The position numbers were made by a program, and so were the translations under genes. From Eledone cirrhosa (lineage: Eukaryota), in assembly GCA_964016885.1 (NCBI GenBank), contig OZ024740.1, forward strand, positions 37,200,001-37,264,000: 64,000 nucleotides of DNA, read 5' to 3'. The notes beneath the pieces are model-generated. The model made no database searches, was not told the origin of the DNA, and worked only from the letters and a program-made list of their open reading frames with translations. This document shows positions 12,447-25,701 of this stretch, one piece after another. Position 1 is the stretch's first letter. Each line of letters opens with the position of its first letter.

Positions 12447-15400
12447 GGTTTCTTTATTGGCCACAAGGGCTGACACGAAGAAAAACATTACAGACGGCAC
12501 AGAACAGTACAGGACGATACAAAGTGGGTTTTGGTCGTGTAAACAGGTTATAACAAAATCGGGCTACAAATCCCAAAAAATTCAAACAACAAAAATTCCC
12601 CAAGAAAGGGGAAACCTCCGAGGGTCACTCGTGGTAAAAACCACACAAAAGACCACGGCCACCTTGACCTCCAGGGCAAGCGCACTCTCTCAGTTTTCCC
12701 ACTCCTCAGTCTACAGGCATATACTCAGAGCGGGCCCGTTCACTCGGACCAGACTCGGCACTTTCATCCACCTTTCAACAAACTTACTAAAAGACAGCAC
12801 TTGCCTCTCCACCCTGGTTTTCCTCTTCAAGTGAAACTTGAAAAAGTTAATCAGAAATTGGCCGGAGAGGAAATTGTCCGTCTTCAACCCTTTCAGCCTT
12901 GTCCACCACACAATCTCTTTCGCCATGGCCACCAGGCAGATGAAAACTGCCTGCCCTTCCTCCTCTTTAAAGGGTGATGGCGGGCCTACCTGCACAATGG
13001 ACTCAGTCGATAACCGGATCCGTCCTACACGTGACAGCAGCTGTTCGACATAGCTCCACAAGTCAGCAATCCTCGGGCACTGAACGAGTGCGTGCAAGAC
13101 GGTTTCGTCGCCCTGCCCGTATCTCGGACAGGCTCGGCTGACAACACCTCCGTGCCTGTAGAGCTTATCCCGAACCGGCAACGCTCCCCGGTAGCACTGC
13201 CAGGCTAGGGATTTCTGGAAGTTGTCCATAGGCCCCGGTCTGAAAGTTCTCTTGAAGAGAGCGATCAGCAGATCGTCTTTCACGCCCGGGGTCTCCTCGA
13301 GAACGTCGTTGTTCTTTCCCTCCACTAGACCTCTATAGAACGCCGAGGTGGATGTTCTATCGATACTAGTGCCCAGCTGGTAGAGGGTGGTAGAGCGCCT
13401 GGAGACATTCCAGCTTCCAAGCGCTATCCCACGGTCTTTTCCTGATCCAGGACTACAGCTCCGTCAAGAAGACGAGCTGGGGAAAAGCGCGTCTGGCAAA
13501 CGGCGACCACACCTGTTCACCGTCAAGGAAGCACCAGAGATGACGCAGCCTCAGCGTATGTCTGCGCATCACCAGCCACGGCATGCCTAGTCCTCCACGC
13601 AACAGGTGTTGACAACAAATGGATCGTCTGACCATGGGAGCACGTCCCTTCCACAAAAAGCGGAAGAGAAGGCGCTCCATTTTGGTCAGAGTGCGGGGGA
13701 AAGTTATGACGGTCTGGCGGTAGCAGATGACGGACGCTATGTACGCATTCGCCACCTCCGCCCGACCTTTCAGAGACAGCCTCCTCTCGGCCCATTTCTG
13801 GATGAGAGAGGCCACCCTGCTCGTCACCTCGTTCCAGATTTCTCCATCTGGAGGTCCGGACCGGACCAGACCCCGAGCAATTTAACCGGTCCTTCCGTCC
13901 AGCGCCCCACGACGCTGTCGGGTGGCATGTACTTGCCTCTCCAGGTGCCGAGCTGCAAGCCCATCGACTTTTCCTGATTTAACTTTGCTCCTTTCACTGC
14001 TTCATATACCTTGAGAGGGGTGCCGAGCATCTGGACGTGTTTGGTGCTTGACACCACCACGGTGACGTCGTCGAGGCAAGCCGATACGGATCTCCCACAT
14101 CCCAGTTCACGTGGGGCGTCTCTATTCGCCTCCGATTTGTGCTCTAGGCCCAATACGTACAAGAGCGACGAGAGGGGACAACCTTGGCAGACCGAGCGCA
14201 TGATACTGAATGGCTGTGACAGATGACTGTTCACCTTCACAACTTAGTAGATGTCGCTGTGCATCGCAGCGATCCAAACACTGAAAATGGGCCCGAAACC
14301 GGCCGCCTCGAGGGCCGCCGCCAGGTACCGGTGGTCGACCCTATCAAATGCCTTAGATTGATCCAAGTTGATCAAGGCCCCACTCGTGCCAAGTTCCTTA
14401 ACCACCCTTTCTATGATGTATTGCATGAGGTGGAGGCTGTCGTGGATGGATCTGTCTGGAATGGTGCATGTCTGCGCCTCTCCTACCAGATCACCGACGA
14501 CAAGCACCAATCTCGTTGCTAACACCTTGGCCAAAATCTTGAAATCTCTTTTAAACAGAATTATGGGCCTGAAGTTGTCTATAACGGCCCCTTTGTTCGG
14601 GTCTTTTCTCAACAGCACCACCGCTCCCCGTTCTGCTGCCAGTTGCAGTAGACGTCTGCCAAGAGGTCCACGAACAAGTCTGGCATGTACGCATAAAGCT
14701 CGTAGGGCAGACCATCCAAACTTGGCGATTTTCCCCTCGGGAAATCAGACATGGCTTCCCGTATTTCCCTTGATGTTATCGGCTTTTCGCAATACTGCAC
14801 TGCGGTCGTCGAGAGCTGCGGCAGTCCCTCGAAGTATGCACTGAAGTTCAAACAACGATCTGGCCCGCCGCCGCTCTGAAAAGCTTCACACATCTGCTCG
14901 AGTAACATGTGCTTGGTCAAGCAAGGATTGAATTGTGGCTTTGTTGCCACGTCGCGCCTCCACCACCCGGGCCCATTGGACAGCTTTTGTTCCCTCTTGT
15001 CTCGGAGCAGGCGCTCTAGCTCTGACAACGCAGCCTTCATGCTTTGCATTGAAGAATTGGTTGAGTGCCAATCTTGCTGCAAGCACGTCGGTTGCGATGC
15101 CTGTTCTAAACGCCTCTTCTAGCTCGCCCTCTACTCTATTTTCCTCTATCACTACTCCTTTGCTGAACCTTATCGAATCTACTCTAATAGCCTTTTCAGG
15201 GTAAACCACCACCTGTTGTTGACGATCGCACCCGTCTACGCACGCTTAACTATTTCGCTAATCCGGTCTCTGTAAGCTTTGCGCGCCGGGAACGACGCCT
15301 TCAGCTTCCAGTAACAGGGCCCTTGCCTATGGAGTCCATCTAAGTCAACTTCACAGATCACAAATGTGTGGTCCGTGTGTAGTCAACTACTTTAAATTGT

Positions 15401-17712
15401 GGACAACCTACACTAGCCTTATCTGTTTCCCTACAGAATAGCCTATCTAAATACGATCTGGATGACCTGATGCGGTTTGCCCATGTCTACATTGGCACAT
15501 TCGGATAATCCAGTCTATACCTGTCAGACAGTTCAAAACATCTGAGCAGGCTGTAGAGGCTTTTACAGCCCCCCCCCCCCCGTCTACTAGCCCCACATAA
15601 TCCTAGCGTGCATCTAAGATACCGTTCCAGTCGCCCACTAAAGAGCGGGACGTTCCAAGGAAGGTCTCTAGACGTTTGAAGAAATCTGGCCGCCCTGCCC
15701 CTGTTAGGGCGTAGACGGCTACTAGCCTGAAAGCATTGTCTTCGCTGCCTGTCATGTCCAGCACCACCGACTTACCTTCTGGCCCGTATGGCGAGATCCA
15801 AGCCTCTCCGAAAAAACACAGCAACTCCTCCCCCTGATCCCGGACGGCTGGGAAATGCGTATACATCGTAGCCGCCGAAGATCGGCGCGAAGGATCGTGC
15901 TTCGGAGATCGGAGATTCTGGTCTCGCTGATGGCCACCACATCTATGTTTAGTGACCTGAGGTCGTTGAGCAGGTGACCCTGCTTCCAAGATGATCCCAG
16001 GCCACGTACATTTATACTGCCTATTCTGAGTACGACCATGCTGGGTGAGGAACGGCGTAAGTGAGAAAGGATCACTACCTTGATCGTGTGGGGAAGGGAC
16101 AGTAGAACCGTCCCTTCGGCTGGTCATGGGTGCCTCCAAGATGATATCTGTTTTGATTCTTTTGGAATGTGACCCCCTGAAATCCCCAACTGCGTTGGGG
16201 AATTTTTGCTTTAATTGTTTATAGTCTTCCAGTTTAATTTCAACAATTGTAATGTTTTGGGGTAATGTTCTTGGTGTAGGTGGGGTGTGGTAATTTAAGT
16301 CTGAAATATCGGTGTGCTGTTTTATATGTTCCATTAATCCTTGTGTGTGATGTTTATGGCTGTGTACTTTTTTTGGAGGGGGTTGGTTTTGTTGCTGTTG
16401 GGTGTGTGTGCTTTGTTGTGTTTACGATGTTGCTGTTTGTGATGATGCTGGTGGTGGCGATGGTGTTGGTGGTGGTGTTGCTTCAAGTCTCCTTGCAGCC
16501 TTTACCCCTCTTTCTTTGCCTTCGCTTTTTGATGGAGAAGCTGTGGTGTTTTTGCGTTTGTTTTTTTTTGTTTTTTTGTTGACAACCGTTTTCCACTACT
16601 CAGTTGCCTCATACTCCATGTCCGTGAGAGGTCGGGGAGGGGTATGAGTTCTACCCTCTCATTTGTCTTTGTTGTTGTTGGTGGTGGTTGTGGTGGTGGA
16701 GCCTTGTCTGCCGTTCTTGGTACAGGTGCAGCTAGTGCAACTGTTTCTGTTGCTGCAGTTGCCGCCGCTGTTTTTGTTGTCCGTGGCTTTGGTGTGGGTG
16801 CCACAGACGTTGTCCTCCTACTTTCTGTAGAAGCTACCGACTTTTTCGCTGACTTCTCTGTTTCTGATGGTAGCGATTCCGGCGTTGGAAGGGGGGGGAC
16901 CTTCGCCTTTGTTATTTTCTGTGGGCAGAAGGCCCTGAGGTGAGACTTCGATCCACAGTTGAAGCACTTTGGGCGCCTTCCTTCCACAGATATGGGAAGT
17001 TGGGAGCCATTCTCGAGGTCTATTACGTCAGGAATAGCGATGATGCAGCCCTGGTCGGTTTGGATGAGCATCTCCATTCCAATACCGGACCAGTCCTCTC
17101 TCCCCAACTTCTGTACCTGCAGAATGGTTGTTCTATCCTCGATGCCCGCAAGAACAGACAGGACCAACCAAGGCACCGATACATAGGACGGGACCTGGAT
17201 TACCCTAACCTTTGCAATTTTTTTCCCGCAGTAAAACGGGACTAATGTTATGTTATCACTTCGCAGGGTCGTCAGTGAGTGTGATTTTGCTTCCTGGGTG
17301 GTAGCGAAAAGGACGTCCACGGTAGCATATTTCTTGCCACGGGTGATGTGGGGTTTACGTGCCCACACAGTTCCCAAGGCCTTCTGGATTTGGGGCTCTA
17401 AGGCTCTCTCCGCACGACGCGATTTCGTGGCAATCGTGCGGTATGACAGTGTGCGTGGCTCTTGTTCCTCAAGGAAGTCGGTTGGTGGTTTCAAGGCCAC
17501 TGAAAATCCAGTTCTGGTTACCATGTGTCTTGCGACCGCTATCTCCTCCTCTGTGACCAGGACTGTTTCTACGTTGCGAGCCACCTTTGCGAAATGGTCC
17601 CTTTTTCAGTGGCCTCATTGTTACCGCCGTTACTGCTGCTACTGGTCTTGTTGTTGTTGGTGCTGTTGCTGTTGCTACTGCTACAAATCGTATTGTTGGT
17701 GTTGTTGCTGTT
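12447..17712 (-). mobile_element. Tx1/L1-clade LINE copy B (degenerate, truncated in ORF1)
   Basis: ORF1 CFNCGSKSHLRAFC; ORF2 start MVVLRIGSINVRG...ISETR; frameshifted RT fragments homologous to copy A; 3' end AATAAAGAAACC(ATT)n. Confidence 0.92.
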
Positions 17713-18020
17713 TGTATGTGTGTGTATGTGTGTGTATGTGTGTGTTCGTGTGTGTATATGTGTGGGGTTATGTTTCTGTATGTATATACATATGTATGTC
17801 TGTTTTGTTTGTGTGTATGTTTGCGTATGTATATGCGTATGTGTATCTGTTTGTGTGTATGTATATGCATATATATGTCTGTTTTGTGTGTGTATGTGTG
17901 CGCGCATGTGTGTATGTGTCTGTGTGTCTGTGTGTTTGTGTGTGTGTACGTATGTGTGTATGTGTCTGCGTATGTGTCTGCGTATGTGCGTGTGTGTGTG
18001 TTTATTTATGTATGTGTTTG
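17713..18020 (+). repeat. Imperfect (TG)/(TA) microsatellite at the 5' break of Tx1 copy B
   Basis: Read directly. Confidence 0.9.
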
Positions 18021-18508
18021 CCTATTTGTATTAGCACGTATGTGCTTATTTCATTTGCGAAACAAACTGCTCTGCTTGTTTTTCTATATAACAAGCAGGG
18101 GAATACATTGACTTCTTCAGACTCTCTTCTCTAGCCTAACTTAAAACTATCAACTGAAAGCACAACACTAAAAATACATTCAATTTGATTTATAGGACAC
18201 ATTGCAATGTCCTTGACCAACATACATATATTTTAAGATATGACATGACTATATTTTCACCAATAGATCAATATATTAATTTACATATTTTAACTGGAGT
18301 TGAAGTTACCCGCATATACATACATACACATATATAAACACATATATATATATATATTTATATAATTTCATACATATATAAATATATATATATATACATA
18401 CATATACATACATGATGGCTGTCCTCTTGTTATCAAGTATGGCCATTGCACGAAATAATACATATACATACATACATACATACATACATACATACATACA
18501 TAAACACG

Positions 18509-18540
<32 letters not shown>

Positions 18541-18541
<1 letters not shown>

Positions 18542-19097
18542 CTTAACTATAATAAAGGGGAGGTCTGCGGGATTGCGTCCAGAATATTTTTTTTTTACCC
18601 CGTTTGTAAAATAAGTTGGATTACTTTGAATAAATAATTGTTTCTACTTTTGGCACAAGGCCAGCAATCCACAGTACATTACTGGTACTTTATTTTATCG
18701 ACCCCGTAAGGATGAAAGGCAAAGTTAACCTTGGCGGGATTACTTTGAATAAATAATGAATGAATATTACATAATTTTATTAAATATATTTTATAGCTTA
18801 TAAAGATCTTTAAAATTCAATTCTTTAAAATTTTCAAATCTTAACACTTCCGGTTAGCGATTGCTTAAATAAACATTCATATATTTCCGTCACTAATTTT
18901 CTCCTAATGCAGTTTATATATAATGTCGTCTTTTTTTTAATATATCATGGATTCTGATTACAGAATTGCTGTGTATATTGTCAATTACGATTTTATTTGA
19001 TGTATCATATCTTCATGCATATATACTTGTGTATAATATCAATATACACACTACACATGCTAGCAGAAAACCACACGTAGAGTGGTTTTTCTGCTAG
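18541..19097 (+). mobile_element. Possible non-autonomous Helitron
   Basis: Starts A^TCTTAACTATAATAAAG and ends with hairpin AAACCAC/GTGGTTT then CTAG^T, i.e. a TC...CTRR element inserted between A and T. Only the termini support this. Confidence 0.3.
18639..18740 (-). mobile_element. 5'-truncated SINE S1 with 21-bp TSD
   Basis: TSD GGATTACTTTGAATAAATAAT at 18618-18638 and 18737-18757. Confidence 0.9.
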
Positions 19098-20209
19098 TAT
19101 ATAGAAACATATATATCTATATATTTGTATAATTTCATACATACATACATACATACATACATACATACATACATACATACATACATACATACATACATAC
19201 ATAAACATGTATATATATATATATATATACATAAAATTATATATTTATATATGATTGTGTGAAAGGGTGTGTCTGTGTATGAATAGATACACACAGTAAT
19301 ATAAGTTGTTTGGTGAGTTGTTTTAGTCAATACTCGTCTGTATTCTTTGATCTAGTCTTCATTTACTAGTATATGAATTAAATCTTTGTTATTGTCGTCA
19401 TTGTCATCATTGTTGTTATTGTCATCGTTGCGTTTTTGTTGTTGTTATTATGGTCGTCAGATGTGGTAGGCGTTGTTTCCGTTGTCATCGTCACCAACGT
19501 TTTATATATCAGCACGAATTAGCTCTAGAGAAACTGCTATCGCCGCACATACACTTACAGTGAGACTGAGATATCTATGAAGGATGTCGAATAGTGAACA
19601 TATAGGTAACTAGATTCTAACGCATTCTTGAGCCTGAAAATATTTGAACCTCCCCATTAAAATTGTTCCTCAATGAATCAAAAACTTATGAAGTGTCTGA
19701 GGTGAAAGAAGAGGTAGAAAAACATTAAGAAATTATTATAGACATTTCATTAAGTATCTTATCATTAGTAATGTTGGTAACAACAGTGAGGACGATTGGT
19801 TATTGATTATCCGAATTGACCAGATTCCAGACCTCATTCGCTTACCCAGTGAAGTGGAACTCGTTAGATTAGACCAAGGAAACAATGTTTCCATTGGTCT
19901 TTCCACTTGATGATACTATCTACTGGTGGCAACTCCTGGCAGAAGAAACAAACATAAAAACGAAAATTGACAATCGAAAAATAAGTACAGCAATGAAATA
20001 ATGGTATACCTAGGAAGGTTTATTGATACTAATTTTATAAAATCAAGGAAGAAGGAAAACATCCTAGGTATGCTAACAAAACTGACTGCTATTTCTAGCA
20101 GATTGGGATTTAACCATAAAGGATTCTCTCTGCGTTTCCAATTCGAACGCTGGTTTGCACACACACACACAATATATATATATAAAAGATTGGAACTCCC
20201 ATCATCTTT

Positions 20210-20600
20210 TTGAAAAACCTGAACCCGCTACTTTTGTGCAATGGAAACACACTTTACTTTAGGATAATGAACTATCTCCTAGAGGTCACTATTCTTGGAG
20301 GCATCATCAAGGAGAAAATGCTTTTATTCCCAAGATTCCTCTCAACCCTTTCTCTACCGAGCTGCTGTTCAAATTCAAGACTTCAGTTCTCTGTTAGAGC
20401 CAGTTTTACTATGACAGTACACAAAGTTCAGGCTCCGTTTCAAAGTTGTAGAATTGAATACAAGAGAAACATTTTTTACCCATGGACAGTTGTATGTAGG
20501 TTGTTCACGACTGGGGACACCTAGAAATCTTCATATACTTTGCACGGACGGTAAAACGAAGAATCTGGTGTATCTGGAAGACCTTTTACTGTTTGTTTGT
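20210..20600 (+). pseudogene. Highly degenerate 3' end of a CR1/L2/Jockey-like LINE ORF
   Basis: CRIEYKRNIFYPWTV..L resembles the terminal R...KNSFFPRT...WN.L motif. Confidence 0.3.
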
Positions 20601-20894
20601 TTGTTTTTTTTTGTTTGATTTTTGTTTTGTTTTTTGTTTTTTGTTTTTTGTTTTTTTGTCACACACACACACACACCCCACAGTCTCGCCCGCACTGTAA
20701 ACCAAACCACGCATCCAATAGTCGTTTTCTCATCTACCGGTCTTCTCTTATCATCTGTTTACCCGGGCATCTGTTTACCTGGGCGAAGCTGGGTACGTCA
20801 GTTAAATTGTTTTCTTTCCCTTCATCCCCCCCCCCCCTTTAATGCCTTTCCACAACGCCCCCTCACACCCTCGGAACTCTTTTCCTTCCCACTT

Positions 20895-20930
20895 TTCTCC
20901 TGATGAAGGGCTTATGCCCGAAACGTTCAC
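20895..20930 (+). ncRNA. Minimal hammerhead-like motif (Penelope-associated)
   Basis: CTGATGA-A-GGGC-TTAT-GCCC-GAAAC-GTT; stem I unclear. Confidence 0.55.
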
Positions 20931-21104
20931 CCCCACCCCACCCCCTACACACACACACACACACACACACACAGACTCTCAAGCTTGAACTTCATACTAA
21001 CACTTTGTACTGCACTCTTCGTTATTGTTTTTATTTTCTGTTTTAACTATATATATATATAACAAAAACTATATATATATATATAACAAAAGAAAAAAAA
21101 TAAA

Positions 21105-22470
21105 TAAAATCCTCCATTCCCATTATGCCAAACCCATGACTTCCAAATATCTGATCCACCGAAACTCAGCTGTTTCGGACCATATCAAAATCAACATACT
21201 GATTGCGGATTTGGTACGGGTGATGAGAAACGTGTCCCGCATGTGCAACCCCAAAGAACTAGAGAGACACATACAACACTTCATCCACCGTATGCAGTTC
21301 TCTGGTTACAATCAGAGAGACAAAATCAGATTATATAGAGGAGCCAGAACCAAATGGGAAAAAATGGTAAATAATGACACAAATGGGACCTGCCCCTTGT
21401 ATAGGAGCAAATTTTGGAATAGAATAGAAAGAACTAGGAATAAGGCTAATAGAATAAACTCATGGTATGATAGCAATAAATACCAGAGTGTAATGTTCAT
21501 CGATACAACCCCTAGAGGTGAATTAGCTTACAAATTTAGAAGGGCCCTAGATAAATATAAACTCAATATTAAGATAGTAGAAAGACCAGGTACCTCCATA
21601 AAAACACTTATTAGCCATACATACCCTATTCAAAGACCTCCCCTGTATAGATAAGAAATGTATAATCTGTAAGTTAAGCCCCCATATTAGCTGTAAAACT
21701 AGAAATGTAGTATATAGCATAAGATGTACTGAAGGACAATGTAGAGATAAGAAGATAGTGTACATAGGTGAGACAGCTCGTAGTATAGGGGAACGGATAA
21801 ACGAACACTGGCGAGACCTTCAAGATAGTAAAGAATCATCTGTACTCTACCAACATGCTAAAATAGAACATAAGGGTAAATTAGAGAACATAGACATAAA
21901 AATAGAATCTGCACACAGAAAAGACGCAATGTTTAGACAAATCACAGAGGCAATAAACATAAATGAACTCCAACCAAAATTAAATAGAAAACATGAATGG
22001 AACAGCAACATCACAACTTATAATTAAGGACAAAATGAAAACACACACGCACATAGAACAAACAACCAACCAGTAACATGTAAATAAACAAATAAATGAA
22101 CAAATATAAACACACACAGACACCCGGATGTAACACATGCGCAAACTAAGCACACAACACACACAAAAACAAGATGGCGTAGGACAGAACAAAGGAGAGG
22201 CACAAAAACAAAGAAAAGAGGTCACAGCATGTGTGACGGAAGAACTTTTACAATATATAAACAATAATCTGGTTGTGGAACCAACCAACCAACCGGAAAT
22301 TTATAAATTCCTAAATTTATAAATTTATTATAATAAATTGAAGTGAAAGCAACTGGTGCGTGTGTTTCTTATTGGCAACATGACCCTGCCAAAGTATAAC
22401 AATATCGGTTTCAACACACGTTTTCAGATAAAGAATCTTGCTAAACAAATTCAGAACCGAAAACGAAATA
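21105..22470 (+). mobile_element. Penelope-like element 3' part: RT C-terminus, Cys-rich linker, GIY-YIG endonuclease and terminal repeat
   Basis: HYAKPM..S..K...D..R...N; C..KCIIC...CKTRNVVYSIRC...C; YIGETARSIGERINEH; frameshift near 21630. Followed by a degenerate hammerhead and the recurrent MTLPKYNN segment. Confidence 0.9.
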
Positions 22471-22489
22471 TATATATATATATATATAT

Positions 22490-22830
22490 ATCAATAATAT
22501 TAATAAATGGAAACTATCCTTATAAAACCATATTTATTTTACTATATATATTTCAAGAGTACCAAAATTTTTGGTACACCCTCGTCAGATAAAATATAAT
22601 AGTTGTTTTACAGATAGTGACATATTCAAAACAAGAACTTATCGTTTTAAGTTCTGATTGAATAGAACTTAAAACAATAAGTTCTTGTTTTGAATATGTC
22701 ACTATCTGTAAAACAACTATTATATTTTATCTGACGAGAGTGTACCAAAAATGTTGGTACCCTTGAAATATATATAATAAAATAAATATGGTTTTATAAG
22801 GATAGTTTCCATTTATTAATATTATTGATA
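22490..22830. repeat. ~340-bp fold-back palindrome centred near 22660
   Basis: The two arms are near-perfect reverse complements. Confidence 0.92.
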
Positions 22831-22912
22831 TTATACTCCAGAAGAAAACTGTAGAGTGCTTCTAATCTGTTATAAACTAAATTTGTTGAATAACCAAAAA
22901 AATTAAATAACT

Positions 22913-22976
<64 letters not shown>

Positions 22977-23454
22977 TGTATATATATATATAAGTAATAA
23001 ATTATTTAATTTGTTGGTTATTCAACAAACACGTGACAACTAAATATACGATTCGCTGCTGCGAGCGGCAACATTTAGTATCTCGCTCCGTTCTTTGGTA
23101 GAACGAAAACCTGTTGATGAATTGAATCCTATGTTCGATCATGAATACCACGAGCTTGCCAGTTACGTAAATCTGATATTTGATTTCGGATTCATAGAAA
23201 CACTTTAAACGTATAACGTTTGATTTGTCCAGATGTATTTTTTCTCAACCTGTTAGTTCTTTCGTTACTCTGGTATTGTGTGTTAGATTTTGCCTACCAC
23301 AATGTTCAATTTGTCAAGCTATTTAAACGTATGTTATTACTCTAAGGACCTACCTTGTCGAGTGCTTTGTTAACTCATTCATATAGTAGGTCGAATTTGC
23401 TTGTACACCGCCAAAGATTCGATTTTACTAAGCATCCAATTATATATACATATA

Positions 23455-23566
<112 letters not shown>

Positions 23567-23577
23567 CAATAACAAAA

Positions 23578-23663
23578 GTCCGACGAGCATTTGATTCCAG
23601 AGTTGAGCCACATCGATACAGATCGAACCTTGAGCTGATCAATCGTGAAACACGTGTCACTAC
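23578..23663 (+). ncRNA. Hammerhead-like motif with long stem II
   Basis: AGT-CCGACGA-G...TGAAAC-ACGT-GTC-ACT; homologous to 39057-39141 on the minus strand. Confidence 0.55.
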
Positions 23664-24189
23664 TCAATAAATGTAATGAAGACCTAACACTTCGTCCTTT
23701 TTATTATTTGGGATCATTGCTGGCCTGGTGCAAAAAGTAGAAACAATTATTAGTATTACGCTCTGTTTAGTACAACACCAATATACCTACTGGAAACTAC
23801 GCATTGAGTGCTCACTAAATATATATATGTGTGTGTAGTTGTGAAGGTGTTTACATGCGTGTATATTTGTGTGTATAAATAATATCCACATAATTAATAT
23901 ATAAATTAATTAATTAAGAAAATAAGAAATATGATATATTGACAATACGTATGCAATTAAACTGTCTAAGTACCCCCGTATAAGTATGAACTTCTCCATC
24001 TATTTCAGTGGAATTCCACTCACACATAGAATGCACTGCACAAGCTTCCTTAGTACTTATTTTCATGCCTCACATGCTGCACTCAGCAGCAAACCTATCA
24101 AGTGCATATCAGAAATTACCTGATGAGTTATACGATTTCTTTTGTAAATATCAGCTGACTCATTCTACAACCACCAATTGTCATACCAC

Positions 24190-24580
24190 TGCCAACCTAG
24201 CTGCATGTCAATCCAGTTTAAGATTATGAACAGGAAAGGTGACAATGCGTACCCGACACCCACATTGGATAGTTTAGACTTAGACATCATTTATCCGAAC
24301 ACAAATACAACTGAACATAAATACTAGAGCATTCATATAGGGACTTCAAGGCAACAAGAAGCTATCCATCGATCGCATACTCATGCCGAACCTTTCACAA
24401 GTTCCGTGGAATGCGTTCGTATGACCTTTCGACGTCCAGGGTTTCTCCCACGGTTTCTCGAAGACCTGCCGCAAAGTGAATATTTGGTCGGCTGTGTTAC
24501 GTTAGGGGTGAAATCCACACTGTTCGTCAACTAGCTTGGACTCTACAGTATCCCTACGTCTCTTAGACAGCAGAGCTCTT
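24190..24580 (-). pseudogene. Old RTE-type RT fragment
   Basis: Minus strand reads EQCGFHP*RNTADQIFTLRQVFEK. Confidence 0.7.
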
Positions 24581-25252
24581 CTGCTAGAGAACGGGATACA
24601 CTATACGCCGTACGGTAACCAGATATGTTGGTTCGTTGTAATACATATGGTCTCCTGCCGGACAGAAAAGCAGCCTCGGAGCAAACAGCGGTAATCTTCT
24701 AAGGGGAATGGAGTAAAGGGTGACACTGATAGGTAAACTCTCACAACCCAATGATGTAGCCACAATGAGGTGAGTATTTAGCACCAGTGACGTCATGTTC
24801 TGAAGTTCGTCTGGCTTTTAAGGTCAAAGTTTCGTCCAAGCCCTTCCAGGACCTCCCATATGCATATAGATATGTTTGTGTGTGGATGTGTCTGCGTCTG
24901 TGCCTGTTTGTGTGCGTCGGGGTGTCTGCGTCTCTGTCTGTTTGTGTGTGTATGTGTGTGTGTGTGCGCGTGTGTGTGACAGCTCACACCTATGCAGATT
25001 TAGCTGGCCTCCTTTAAGGTATATCTCATTGGAGGTATCTTGGGTAATTTAATTATAGGGACCCCAATCCTATCATCTCATTTCTACAGCAGTAAACTGG
25101 AGTAACGTGAAATATATGATAAACATTGATTGCCAGATATTATGGAGATATAAAAGATACAGAAGCGAAAACCAATCCAAACCAAACAGTGAGTGTGTTT
25201 TATAATTATTTCTGGCAATATTATAACAATATGACCCTCCCCAAATATAACA

Positions 25253-25287
<35 letters not shown>

Positions 25288-25337
25288 TATATATATACAC
25301 ACACACACATATATATATACACACACACACACACACG

Positions 25338-25372
<35 letters not shown>

Positions 25373-25499
25373 TGTTATACTTTGGGAGGGTCATGCTGCC
25401 AATACAAACACACGCACCTGCTGGTTTTCGCTTCAATTTATTATAAATTTCTGATTGGTTGGCTGGTTGGTTCAATAACCGGATGTCTATTTGTATATT

Positions 25500-25542
25500 G
25501 CCAAAGCTCTTTCGTCACACATTCTGTGACCTCGTCAGTGGC
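25500..25542 (-). ncRNA. Type I hammerhead ribozyme motif
   Basis: GCCA-CTGACGA-G-GTCACA GAATG TGTGAC-GAAAG-AG-CTT-TGGC. Confidence 0.8.
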
Positions 25543-25658
25543 TAAGTTTTAATTTGTATCTTTCCTTTATTATGTCCTCCACCATCTTGTTTTTAGTGTG
25601 TTGTGTGTTGTGTGCTTAGTTTGCGCATGCGTTACATAGGTGTGTATTTTTAAACTTA

Positions 25659-25701
25659 GTCACTGAGGAGGTCACAGAATGTGTGACGAAAGAGCTTTGA
25701 C
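25659..25701 (+). ncRNA. Type I hammerhead ribozyme motif
   Basis: GTCA-CTGAGGA-G-GTCACA GAATG TGTGAC-GAAAG-AG-CTT-TGAC. Confidence 0.8.

Noticed and set aside
15920-16080. Spliced intron (AG/GTAGTG...CAG) explaining the copy A deletion
   Set aside because: The copy A junction does not coincide with the GT-AG pair; microhomology fits better.
1-17712. Telomeric retrotransposon array
   Set aside because: No TTAGGG-type repeats, mixed orientations, and no evidence of a chromosome end.
17250-19330. Cys/Val/Tyr-rich ORFs resembling metallothionein or membrane proteins
   Set aside because: Translations of (TG)n, (TA)n and (TACA)n microsatellites.
21630-21780. Selenocysteine (TGA) recoding in the Penelope Cys-rich linker
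   Set aside because: All cysteines here are TGT; no in-frame TGA at those positions.
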